Assembly: GCA_963789595.1 (NCBI GenBank)
Contig: CAWBLC010000001.1
Location: 374,326 to 438,325 of the forward strand
Direction: 5' to 3'
Length of the DNA: 64,000 nucleotides
From: an uncultured Pseudomonadota bacterium
Lineage (GTDB): Bacteria; Pseudomonadota; Alphaproteobacteria; Micropepsales; Micropepsaceae
Of the stretch, positions 47,606 through 55,258 are shown piece by piece. The position numbers and the translations under genes were made by a program. Every line of letters begins with the position of its first letter. Position 1 is the first letter of the stretch. Under the pieces are notes generated by a model that saw only the letters and a program-made list of their open reading frames with translations, searched no databases and was not told the DNA's origin.

Positions 47606-47911
47606 TCAGCGTTGGCGCGGTGTGCGAGCGTCGGTGCGCGATGCGCCGGGAGGGGAGGATGTCGCGACGTCATCACGGCGCTTGGCCGGGTAGATGATGC
47701 CGTTGCCCGGATCGGATGTCGATTGCCGCGTGCCGCGCGCGGCCCAGAGTTTCAACTCGTCGAGCGCATAGACCACGCGCCCGCCGAGCTTGTAATAGGC
47801 AGGTCCCGTGCCATAGGTGCGATGTTTTTCGAGCGTGCGCGCCGACAGGCCGAGAAAACGGGCAGCTTCGGGCGTGCGCAAGAAACGCGGCGGCAATGTG
47901 TTGTCAGGCAT
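47606..47911 (-). CDS. rdfS: RdfS/AlpA-like excisionase (recombination directionality factor)
   Basis: RFLRTPEAARFLGLSARTLEKHRTYGTGP.Y.KLGGRVVY. Confidence 0.9.
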   Translation of the reverse strand: MPDNTLPPRFLRTPEAARFLGLSARTLEKHRTYGTGPAYYKLGGRVVYALDELKLWAARGTRQSTSDPGNGIIYPAKRRDDVATSSPPGASRTDARTPRQR

Positions 47912-48039
47912 GAAACGCTCCCTTGATGAGCGCGCTGCCGATGTGCAGCAGCGCAGGAGCGGTCACCATGGCGCAGGATGTTTGGCGGCAGGGATGACGG
48001 AGTCGTCGCGTGTGGTGAGCGTACCCCCCTTTGCCGCCA

Positions 48040-48817
48040 TCACTTGCCGCGCAGCAGATCGAGATAGCCGCCATAAACCATGGTCTTGGCGTCTTTCACC
48101 AGACGGATGGTCTGGCCGCGCACCGGCAGCGTTTTCCAGCCGCGTTCGGCCACAGCGTTTGGGCCGAACAGCGCGGCGGCGATGTCGCGGTAAGTGGGCT
48201 GCGCGCGATGCAGGTCAAAGGCACGCAGCATGAGCACGAGACGGATGCGATGGCGCTCGGTCAATCGCAAGGCGCGCGGTAATGGGCCGGACGGGCGGTT
48301 CCTTAACCGGCGCTGAAAACGTACAGAACCGGCAATCCGAAGCGGAAAATCTTCATCAAGCGGAATGAGGATCGCAAGCGGCTCACCGGGCTCATGCTGG
48401 CGAAGCCAGAGGCGATGGTCGCCTTGATGATCCGCAAGGATGAGATGCCTGTCATCAAGGGTCGTGCGATCCGCCACCGCGCTGCCAATGCGCAAGGATT
48501 TCTGCGTGGCCGCTTTGCGGAACCGCGTGGGAGCCGGTGCGACGATCACAGAGCTGGGCACGAATTCCGGCCGCCACAGAACTGGTGCCCGGCCCGCCGG
48601 AAGCGCCGGGTCGCACGCGAAAGCTCAATCCCCAGCGCGCGAATCTGTCCGCAATGGCGGTCGCATCCGGTGCGCGCCGCCGGCACCATTGTGCGTAGGT
48701 TCTGCGATAAAGGTGATTGCGGCGGAGAAATTCCCAGGCAAAACCAGGGCGTTCCAGTTTGTACAATGCGTCGGCCTTGGCCGAAGAGCGCCAATTGGGC
48801 AGGTGTGGCATTTGCAT
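48040..48817 (-). CDS. fseA: FseA-like activator, encoded across a programmed +1 frameshift
   Basis: Frame 0 gives MQMPHLPNWRSS...FAWEFLRRN...RWGLSF. The +1 frame continues ACDPALP...PVLWRP...DUF2285-like (LRAFDL...YRDIAAALFG...GYLDLL). The slip motif is at 48617-48637. Confidence 0.88.
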
Positions 48818-48960
48818 GATCCCTCGTGATCTATGCCCCTTGCCCGATGCACGGGAAAATATTTTCGAGTGCGCGCAATTTGGAAGTCCCTGAAGTTTGT
48901 CCGTGTGATGCGCGCAGGAGCATCGCAAAGCATTGGAAACTGTGCCGGGATGGAACAGTG

Positions 48961-49218
48961 TCAGCGCGGACGCAGGAAATCGCGATAGCCGGTTTCGGTT
49001 ATCCAGCGCGCACGGGCGAGGTGAGTCCGGTGCACGCGGCGTGCGCGCGCGGGTTCCCGTTTAGGATCGATGCCGAAGATGATGCGGACGGCTTCACGCC
49101 AGTCCGCACCTTCATCATCGGCGTCCAACAGGCGCAGATAGGTGACGCGGTGGCGCTCGTCATATTCCGTCAGCGTGGGACTCTGCGGCGGACGCTCATC
49201 AAAATCTGGTGTGGTCAT
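48961..49218 (-). CDS. qseM: QseM-like anti-activator (DUF2285)
   Basis: LTEYDERHRVTYLRLLDADDEGADWRE...HLARARWITETGYR. Confidence 0.88.
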   Translation of the reverse strand: MTTPDFDERPPQSPTLTEYDERHRVTYLRLLDADDEGADWREAVRIIFGIDPKREPARARRVHRTHLARARWITETGYRDFLRPR

Positions 49219-49340
49219 CGTGCGTCCTTCGGGCATAGCGCATGTTCAGAAAGCGCACAGCCGCGATAGCCTCAGTCTATCGCGCGGACATGGTATGGGC
49301 ATCACCGTCGCTAAGGCCGGCCCACGCCATGGCCTTATCG

Positions 49341-49360
49341 CGTATTATAATGCGTAGCAT
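49341..49360. promoter_or_regulatory. Overlapping divergent -10 boxes and palindromes between qseM and qseC
   Basis: ATTATAAT (49344-49351) reads TATAAT on both strands, inside CGTATTATAATGCG and next to ATGC-N3-GCAT. Confidence 0.55.
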
Positions 49361-49390
49361 CAAAATACACGATTGGCCTCCACTCTGCGA

Positions 49391-49660
49391 ATGGATATTC
49401 GCAAATTGTTTGGCCAGAATTTGCGCCGCATGCGGCTCGCGGCCGGGCTCAGCCAGGAGGCGGTGGCCGTGAGCATGGGCGTGGACCGGGCCCATGTCAG
49501 CAGCATGGAACGGGGGCAGCAAAACGTCACCCTTCTGACGTTGTGGCAGGCAGCCCAGGCTTTGGAGTGCCGCGCGGCGGATTTTCTGGATGAAAAGGCC
49601 GCTATGGCGGCCCAGGGATCGGCAGCCAAAGCGCCCCGCCGCCGCCGGACAAAGGCGTAG
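49391..49660 (+). CDS. qseC: QseC-like Xre/C-protein regulator
   Basis: FGQNLRRMR...SQEAVA...DRAHVSSMERGQQNVTL; divergent from qseM. Confidence 0.82.
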   Translation: MDIRKLFGQNLRRMRLAAGLSQEAVAVSMGVDRAHVSSMERGQQNVTLLTLWQAAQALECRAADFLDEKAAMAAQGSAAKAPRRRRTKA

Positions 49661-49719
49661 ATAAGCTTTCTTTGAAAGCACGATATCCTGGCACTACATT
49701 GTTTGGGAAGGAGAAGCCC

Positions 49720-49980
49720 ATGCCCGACGCCGCAAACAACCGCCCGCAAGGGGACTCAAGAAGAATCGTCGCGCGGCCTGCGCTGGACGAGCATGGGCGC
49801 ATGGTGTTGACGGGGGCCGATCGCGACGCGTTCCTGAGCGCCGTTTTGAAGCCGCCCGCACTCACTGCCAAATTGATTACAGCGTTGCTCCGGCATCGCG
49901 ATGTTGTGGACTGACGCTTGACACCGAGGATTGAACTGCTCGGCAAACAGAATGAGCACGTCAGCTTCACCAACAGATAA
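49720..49980 (+). pseudogene. Decayed DUF1778 antitoxin / GNAT toxin module
   Basis: 64-aa ORF with the DUF1778-like C-terminus (LTGADRDAFLSAVLKPP) but no RHH N-terminus, followed by a 20-codon TTG ORF (TPRIELLGKQNEHVSF) resembling GNAT-toxin starts. Confidence 0.45.
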
Positions 49981-50055
49981 GCACTACGGTGGCAAAATAT
50001 AGCTGCGCGGCGCGTGTGCGCGGCATGGTGCAAATTCGCTATGGAAAACGCAAAA

Positions 50056-50079
50056 CCCCGCCCGGCGAACCGGGCGGGG
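50056..50079 (-). terminator. Terminator after the DUF736 gene
   Basis: CCCCGCCCGG-cgaa-CCGGGCGGGG, followed on the minus strand by TTTTGCGTTTT. Confidence 0.8.
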
Positions 50080-50098
50080 CATTGCGGGGATGGCGAAT

Positions 50099-50428
50099 TC
50101 AGTCGCCGTTGCGCTTGGACCGCCCGCGCGACCAGATCGCATTGTAATCGTCGCTTTCCTTGTCCTTGACCAGATTGGCATAGACCGGAGCGGTGAAGCT
50201 GGGATCGTCGAGTTTGAGCGACAGATACTCGTCCTTCTTCTCCGAAACCTTGGTCCAGGCGGCGCCGATTTCCGCGCGGCCCACGAACACCCGATGCGAG
50301 GGGGCGTCCTGGTTGGTGCGGTTGGTTTCTGCGACGACGCGCACACCCTTGGTCTGCAAGCGCAGCGTGAAAATTTCGCCTTCGTAGCCGTTGGTGCCGA
50401 CCTTCTTGAACGTGCCGATGATAGCCAT
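50099..50428 (-). CDS. DUF736 family protein
   Basis: MAIIGTF, APSHRVFVGRAEIGAAW, YLSLKLDDPSFTAPVYANL. Confidence 0.92.
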   Translation of the reverse strand: MAIIGTFKKVGTNGYEGEIFTLRLQTKGVRVVAETNRTNQDAPSHRVFVGRAEIGAAWTKVSEKKDEYLSLKLDDPSFTAPVYANLVKDKESDDYNAIWSRGRSKRNGD

Positions 50429-50448
50429 GTCAGTTCTCCTTTGCAGTT

Positions 50449-50690
50449 TCGAGCCCCGCGACCATCGCGGCCTCGATGGCGATCGGAAGGACGAAGACGA
50501 TCGACGACGCACCCGCCTTCACGGGCCGGAGCGCAGCGGAGGATGGAGGCGGCGAGACTTTCTTGCCTCGCGAGGAATGGGCGTTAGCCCAGGGGAAGAA
50601 AGTCGAACCGTCCGACATTGCGTCAGAGGCGATCGAGGCGCAGCCGGTCTTCGGCCCGATCACGCCAAAGAGAGGTTGCGTGGGTTCGAG
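50449..50690. repeat. Long branched hairpin upstream of DUF736
   Basis: Arms TCGAGCCCCGCGACC / GGTTGCGTGGGTTCGA, GGCGATCGG / CCGATCACGCC, GGGCCG / CGGCCC and GACTTTCTT / AAGAAAGTC. Confidence 0.65.
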
Positions 50691-50962
50691 GGCGCCCATC
50701 TGCATCCACCGGAGAACTCTTGAAGGCTGTCGTCGCGTGACGACAAGAGCGGTGCCGAAGGGATCGAAGGAATAGAAACGCCAGCGCAGAAAAGGCAGTC
50801 ATTGTTCGGATACCGCCCGCAAAACAAGACGCCGGGCAGCGTTTTATCGCCCGCGCGAAATCGCTCCCAGATAAGGCCGGGAAGAGAGTGAGAGGCGCTT
50901 CAAGCGCAATCCCGCTGCTGCTGTGCAAACCGGTCAAGGACGGGAAGCGACAGGCGTGGCGA

Positions 50963-51436
50963 TCAGCGATGGGCCGCAGAAATAGCAGGCGACGTGTGCT
51001 GCTCTACCGCAATGTCTCGTCTGTTCGACGGCGGGAGATAAACGGCCATGCGCGCCCAGGCGGTGCCGCCAACCAGCGCCGCGCCAATTCCCGCGAGGAT
51101 TGTGCTCGCAGCGCCTATGCCGATGCACAGATGGGCGATGCCGAGTGTGGCGTAATAGCCCGCGACCGCCGCCGGAATCGCGAAAACAAGCGCGATGCCA
51201 GCGCGCAAGATCGGCACACGCACGGCTGCGAACAGGAGTTGGCCGAGCGCCAGAATGGCAGCGCCCGTAACGATGGCGATGAGGCCGGAGCCGAACACGC
51301 CATAGCCGTGATGGTATGCCACGAACGCAGCGGTCATGCCGGCATAGAACGGCAGGGCATAGACGGCGAGCGTGAACAGCAGCCAGCAGAAGAAGCCGAT
51401 GGCGAAGACGCTGAGGATGATGCCGAGAATGATCAT
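50963..51436 (-). CDS. Conserved ICE membrane protein
   Basis: MIILGIILSVFAIGFFCWLLFTLAVYALPF; about five hydrophobic segments. Confidence 0.8.
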   Translation of the reverse strand: MIILGIILSVFAIGFFCWLLFTLAVYALPFYAGMTAAFVAYHHGYGVFGSGLIAIVTGAAILALGQLLFAAVRVPILRAGIALVFAIPAAVAGYYATLGIAHLCIGIGAASTILAGIGAALVGGTAWARMAVYLPPSNRRDIAVEQHTSPAISAAHR

Positions 51437-51581
51437 GGCGGTGGTCTCCGTGCAAAAGGTGAACGGTTCGCGCCTCCACCACCGCCACGGCGCAAGGCGT
51501 AGTGTAACGCGTTTGTATGCGAAAGTGAATCGGTCGAGGGGTGGGCGGATCACAAAAAAAGTGTGACGCGCAGACATCACT

Positions 51582-52760
51582 CTATTCCTGAACCGCCTCC
51601 ACCGCAGAAAGCAGTGGCACGACTTCCACGCCCCCCGTCGTGGGGTAGGCTTCGGTGCCCGGATAGACGAGCAAACGCCGCTTCGCCTTGATGTCCTCGC
51701 AGCCGATGTGAAATCCCTTTTCGACGGTTGGTGCGAGGGACTTCTTGAACTCGAATGCCCAGCGCCGCGAAGCAGAGAATTCCACCACGAGATCGATCTC
51801 GTGACCTGCGGCCGAGCGGTAGAAATACGCCCTCGCGCCCGCAGGCACCGCCGCAAGTATGGCTTCGAGCGCGAAACCTTCCCAACTCGCGCCTGCAACC
51901 GGATGACCAAGTACGTCGTCAAGCGAGGCGAGGTTGAGCAGAGCGTGCAGCAGGCCGCTATCGCGCAGATAGACTTTCGGAGATTTGACGAGCCGCTTGC
52001 CGATATTGGCCGTCCAGGGCTGCAATCGGCGCACCAGCAGGAGATCGACCATCAGATCGAGATAATGCGCCACCGCATGCCCTCCGACGCCGAGGCTTTG
52101 CGCCAGGCGGTGCGCATTCAGGAGTCCACCTTGCGTGTGCGCAAGCATGGTCCAGAACCGTTCGAGGGTTTCGGCGGGCACGCGAATCCCGAATTGCGGA
52201 ATGTCGCGTTCGAGATAGGAGCGGATGAAAGCCTGCCGCCACAGAAGGCTTTCCTCGTTGTTCGCGGCAAGGAAACTCGAAGGGAAGCCGCCTCGCAGCC
52301 ATAATTTGTCGGCCGCCTTCGGTCCCTCGGCCGGAACGACTTCCTGCGGAAGGAAGGGCGTCAGTTCCAGAAAGTGAAGTCGTCCCGCCAGGCTTTCCGA
52401 CGATTGGCGCAAAAGATCGACGGCGGCTGAACCGAGAATGAGAAATTGCCCGGCCTTCTCTCCGTTTCGACGACGGGCATCGATTTCTCCGCGCAGTACG
52501 GTGAAGAGTTCGGGTGCGCGATGAATCTCGTCGAGAATGACAAGGCGTTTGCGTTGCGCCTGGAGATAGGCGAGGGGATCATCAAGACGGCGGCGATCTG
52601 CGGGATTCTCCAGATCGAGATAGATCGCTTGGTCTTTCCGCGCCGCCGCAACTTCGAGGGCGAGGGTCGTTTTCCCCGATTGCCGCGGTCCCAGCAATGC
52701 TACGGCCGGAAACTGCTGGAGCCGCGCGTCGAGAACGGATTGGAGATGCCGGACGATCAT
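51582..52760 (-). CDS. AAA+ ATPase with DUF4143 C-terminus (COG1373)
   Basis: GPRQSGKTT, VILDEIH, LILGS, KSPKVYLRDSG, EIDLVVE...EFKKS. Confidence 0.92.
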   Translation of the reverse strand: MIVRHLQSVLDARLQQFPAVALLGPRQSGKTTLALEVAAARKDQAIYLDLENPADRRRLDDPLAYLQAQRKRLVILDEIHRAPELFTVLRGEIDARRRNGEKAGQFLILGSAAVDLLRQSSESLAGRLHFLELTPFLPQEVVPAEGPKAADKLWLRGGFPSSFLAANNEESLLWRQAFIRSYLERDIPQFGIRVPAETLERFWTMLAHTQGGLLNAHRLAQSLGVGGHAVAHYLDLMVDLLLVRRLQPWTANIGKRLVKSPKVYLRDSGLLHALLNLASLDDVLGHPVAGASWEGFALEAILAAVPAGARAYFYRSAAGHEIDLVVEFSASRRWAFEFKKSLAPTVEKGFHIGCEDIKAKRRLLVYPGTEAYPTTGGVEVVPLLSAVEAVQE

Positions 52761-52762
52761 CG

Positions 52763-52817
52763 TGCAAATATGCGCTCTATACGCATATTTGCAAGAGTTC
52801 TGAAATATTGCAAATAT
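52763..52817. promoter_or_regulatory. Perfect 12-bp inverted repeat plus a third half-site upstream of the AAA+/DUF4143 gene
   Basis: TGCAAATATGCG-7-CGCATATTTGCA (52763-52793) and TGCAAATAT again at 52809. Confidence 0.7.
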
Positions 52818-52998
52818 ATCAGTATATTACAGAAATATCCTGCACCCATATTCGTGCAAAAGAGGCACACAATGCAGAATCGCCGTTTGGCCGGCCAGTT
52901 TGGAAGACTCCGAGCAACCGCATGGTGAGCACTTTCTGATGATGGGCGTGAAGCAACTGGCGTCCCGTTGGAACGAGACGCCAGTCCGTGCGCGGCTG

Positions 52999-53928
52999 TT
53001 AAGCGCCCGCTTCGCCAAAGCGCCACACCGCAATGCCGAGCTTGCGGGCCTTGTCGCACAAATTCGCGGAGATTCCCGAACCTGGGAACGCGATGACACC
53101 AATCGGCATGGCTTCCAGCAGCTGGTCATTGCGCTTGAAGGGTGCGGCTTTGCGATGCCGGTTCCAGTCGGGCCGGAATGCAATCTGAGGAACCTTGCGG
53201 GCATCGGCCCAACAGGCGGCGATGCGCTCGGCACCAGTCGGCGTGCCACCATGCAGGAGGACCATGTCAGCGTGCTTGGCATTCACCTTGTCGAGCGCCG
53301 CCCAGATGCGGCCGTGATCGTTGCAGTCGGGGCCGCCGGTGAAGGCGATGCGAGCGCCCGCCGGAAACAGGATTTGTGTTTCGCTGCGCTGCTTGGCGTT
53401 GACGAAATCGCGACTGTCGATGACGGCCGCTGTCATCGCGCGGCGGTTGACCATGGAGCCCGAATGCGGCCGCCAGACTGAGCCGGTGATCTGCTCGTAG
53501 CGGTCGGCCGCGGCGTCACGAAAGGCTTCGATGCTGTCGCGGCGGTCGATGAGCACTTCGCCATCGGCGAGCAGGCGCTCAAGTTCGACGGAACGGATTT
53601 CGGAACCGTCCTGTTCGCGCTGGCTGCGCTTCTGGGCGTCTTCGTTGTCGTCGAGCTTGCGCTGAACGCGGTCAATGGCGCGATGAAAGGCATGGACCAT
53701 CGACCACAACAGATCGTTGAGATCGGGTTCAAGCCGTGTGTCAGCCAGCGTGCCGGCGAGCGCGTCGAAGATGTCGGCGACGGCGCCCGCGATCGCGTCG
53801 CTGTCGGGCGCGGGCCGCGTGTCCGGCTCGTCGTAGAATGGCTTGTGTCCGAAGAGTTGGAGTTGGGTGAGCACCTTGTCGGTCGGCGAAGAAGTGTGAT
53901 CGGGTTCGTAATCGTCGTTGTGCGTCAT
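52999..53928 (-). CDS. DUF2493 (YspA/SLOG-like) ICE protein
   Basis: LHGGTPTGAERIAACWA, AAPFKRND, AFPGSGIS. Confidence 0.88.
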   Translation of the reverse strand: MTHNDDYEPDHTSSPTDKVLTQLQLFGHKPFYDEPDTRPAPDSDAIAGAVADIFDALAGTLADTRLEPDLNDLLWSMVHAFHRAIDRVQRKLDDNEDAQKRSQREQDGSEIRSVELERLLADGEVLIDRRDSIEAFRDAAADRYEQITGSVWRPHSGSMVNRRAMTAAVIDSRDFVNAKQRSETQILFPAGARIAFTGGPDCNDHGRIWAALDKVNAKHADMVLLHGGTPTGAERIAACWADARKVPQIAFRPDWNRHRKAAPFKRNDQLLEAMPIGVIAFPGSGISANLCDKARKLGIAVWRFGEAGA

Positions 53929-53960
53929 GGCTGTCTCCAGTGCGAAGGGACCGCGCACCA

Positions 53961-54168
53961 CGCGCGGCCTTCGGCGATCCCTCAGCCGGAAGCGGAGCAG
54001 GCCGGAACCGCGGGCCGTTTGCGGTCCGCGGCCGAAGGACAGGAGGGCGCGGCTATTTTGTTTGGCGATGCAAAGGCGCGGTCCCGCGCCGGCAGAAAAT
54101 AGCCGTGCCCGACTGTTGCAGGCCTGCTCCGCTTCTGGCCGGATCGCCCTTTAAGAAGGCCGCGTGCG
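53961..54168. repeat. About 200-bp branched hairpin upstream of DUF2493
   Basis: Closing stem GCGGCCTTC..GGCGATCC..GAAGCGGAGCAGGCC / GGCCTGCTCCGCTTC..GGATCGCC..GAAGGCCGC, with inner stems CCGCGGGCCG/CGGTCCGCGG and GGGCGCGGCTATTTT/AAAATAGCCGTGCCC. Confidence 0.75.
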
Positions 54169-54207
54169 CGTGCGATCAGGAGACAGACGCGCAACGACAC
54201 GAGGCCA

Positions 54208-55257
54208 TCACTCCGTCCCGACCATGTCGAGGAATCGTGCGACATGCTCGGGCATGAGTTGTTCGCTGAGGTGGCGACGTAATTGGTCGAGGCCGATTGC
54301 GCATAGGTCGTCGTTGAAGTCATCCAGAAGCGGCGACAGCATGCGCGCGTCGATGCCTTCGTGGTGGGCGCGTTCCGTCAGCTTGGCTGCGGCGCGCTCG
54401 CCGGCGGGATCGGCATCGCGCACGACATAAAGAACACGCAACGATGCGGGCAGCAACATGGTCGCAAGGTGGTTGGCGGACAATCCTGCCACCATCGCAA
54501 GATCCGGCAGCGCATCGCGCAAGGACAGCATCGTTTCGATGCCTTCACCGGCCGCGAGAACGTCCTGCGCGATGCCAAAGCGCACCGCGTTGCCGAGAAG
54601 TTGGCCCATCGCACGGCGTGGCGTCGCGATGGGAGCCTTGTTCGCAGCGGACGGATCAAGCCAGGTGCGATGGACGCCGGTGATCGCGCCGCCGAGATCG
54701 GTGACCGCTGCGATCAATGCCGGCCAGGTCTGCGTCAGTGCGTCGGCGTCGGGCCGATAATAGCAACGCGGATGGAATCGCAGTGCAGGCAAATCGACCA
54801 GATGCGTAATCGCGCGTCTGCGCAGATAAGCTTCAGCGAGTGTGCCGGGCAAGGGCTTCGACATCGCGAACAGGCGTCGCGCGGATTCCGGTGAGCCTTG
54901 CGGTGCGGACGGTCGTTGTGGCGTCCATGCCGATGGATCAGTTTGTGGCAGGCTCAGAAACGCACGCGCTTCGTCGAGCACGTCGCGCAAACGATCCAGA
55001 TGGCGGTTGCGCGCGATGAGATCGAGCAGATCGCCATGCTCGCCGGTGGCCGCATCCGTCCATTTGCCGGCCGCACCCTTGCCGCTGTCGGGACCTTTCA
55101 GCCGGACATAGAGGCTGCGGCCGGGATGGTTGTCGGCGTCGCCGACCAGCCAATAGCGACCCTGCCGTCTGCCGCTGGAAAGATAGTGGCGACAAACGGC
55201 TTCGGCGTTTCGCGCGAGTTGCTGCGACAGTCTTGCGGCGGGACTGGGCGCGTTCAT
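54208..55257 (-). CDS. Primase-like Zn-finger/toprim protein
   Basis: GKWTDAATGEHGDLLDLI, GVHRTWLD, AAGEGIETMLS, DADPAG. Confidence 0.88.
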   Translation of the reverse strand: MNAPSPAARLSQQLARNAEAVCRHYLSSGRRQGRYWLVGDADNHPGRSLYVRLKGPDSGKGAAGKWTDAATGEHGDLLDLIARNRHLDRLRDVLDEARAFLSLPQTDPSAWTPQRPSAPQGSPESARRLFAMSKPLPGTLAEAYLRRRAITHLVDLPALRFHPRCYYRPDADALTQTWPALIAAVTDLGGAITGVHRTWLDPSAANKAPIATPRRAMGQLLGNAVRFGIAQDVLAAGEGIETMLSLRDALPDLAMVAGLSANHLATMLLPASLRVLYVVRDADPAGERAAAKLTERAHHEGIDARMLSPLLDDFNDDLCAIGLDQLRRHLSEQLMPEHVARFLDMVGTE

Positions 55258-55258
55258 A

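Noticed and set aside
48455-48928. Treating the fseA region as a pseudogene or sequencing error
   Set aside because: The frame change falls exactly on the conserved programmed-frameshift motif.
50623-50802. 59-aa ORF MTAFSALAFLFLRSLRH...
   Set aside because: It has no clear RBS and overlaps the structured hairpin region; it cannot be supported without homology data.
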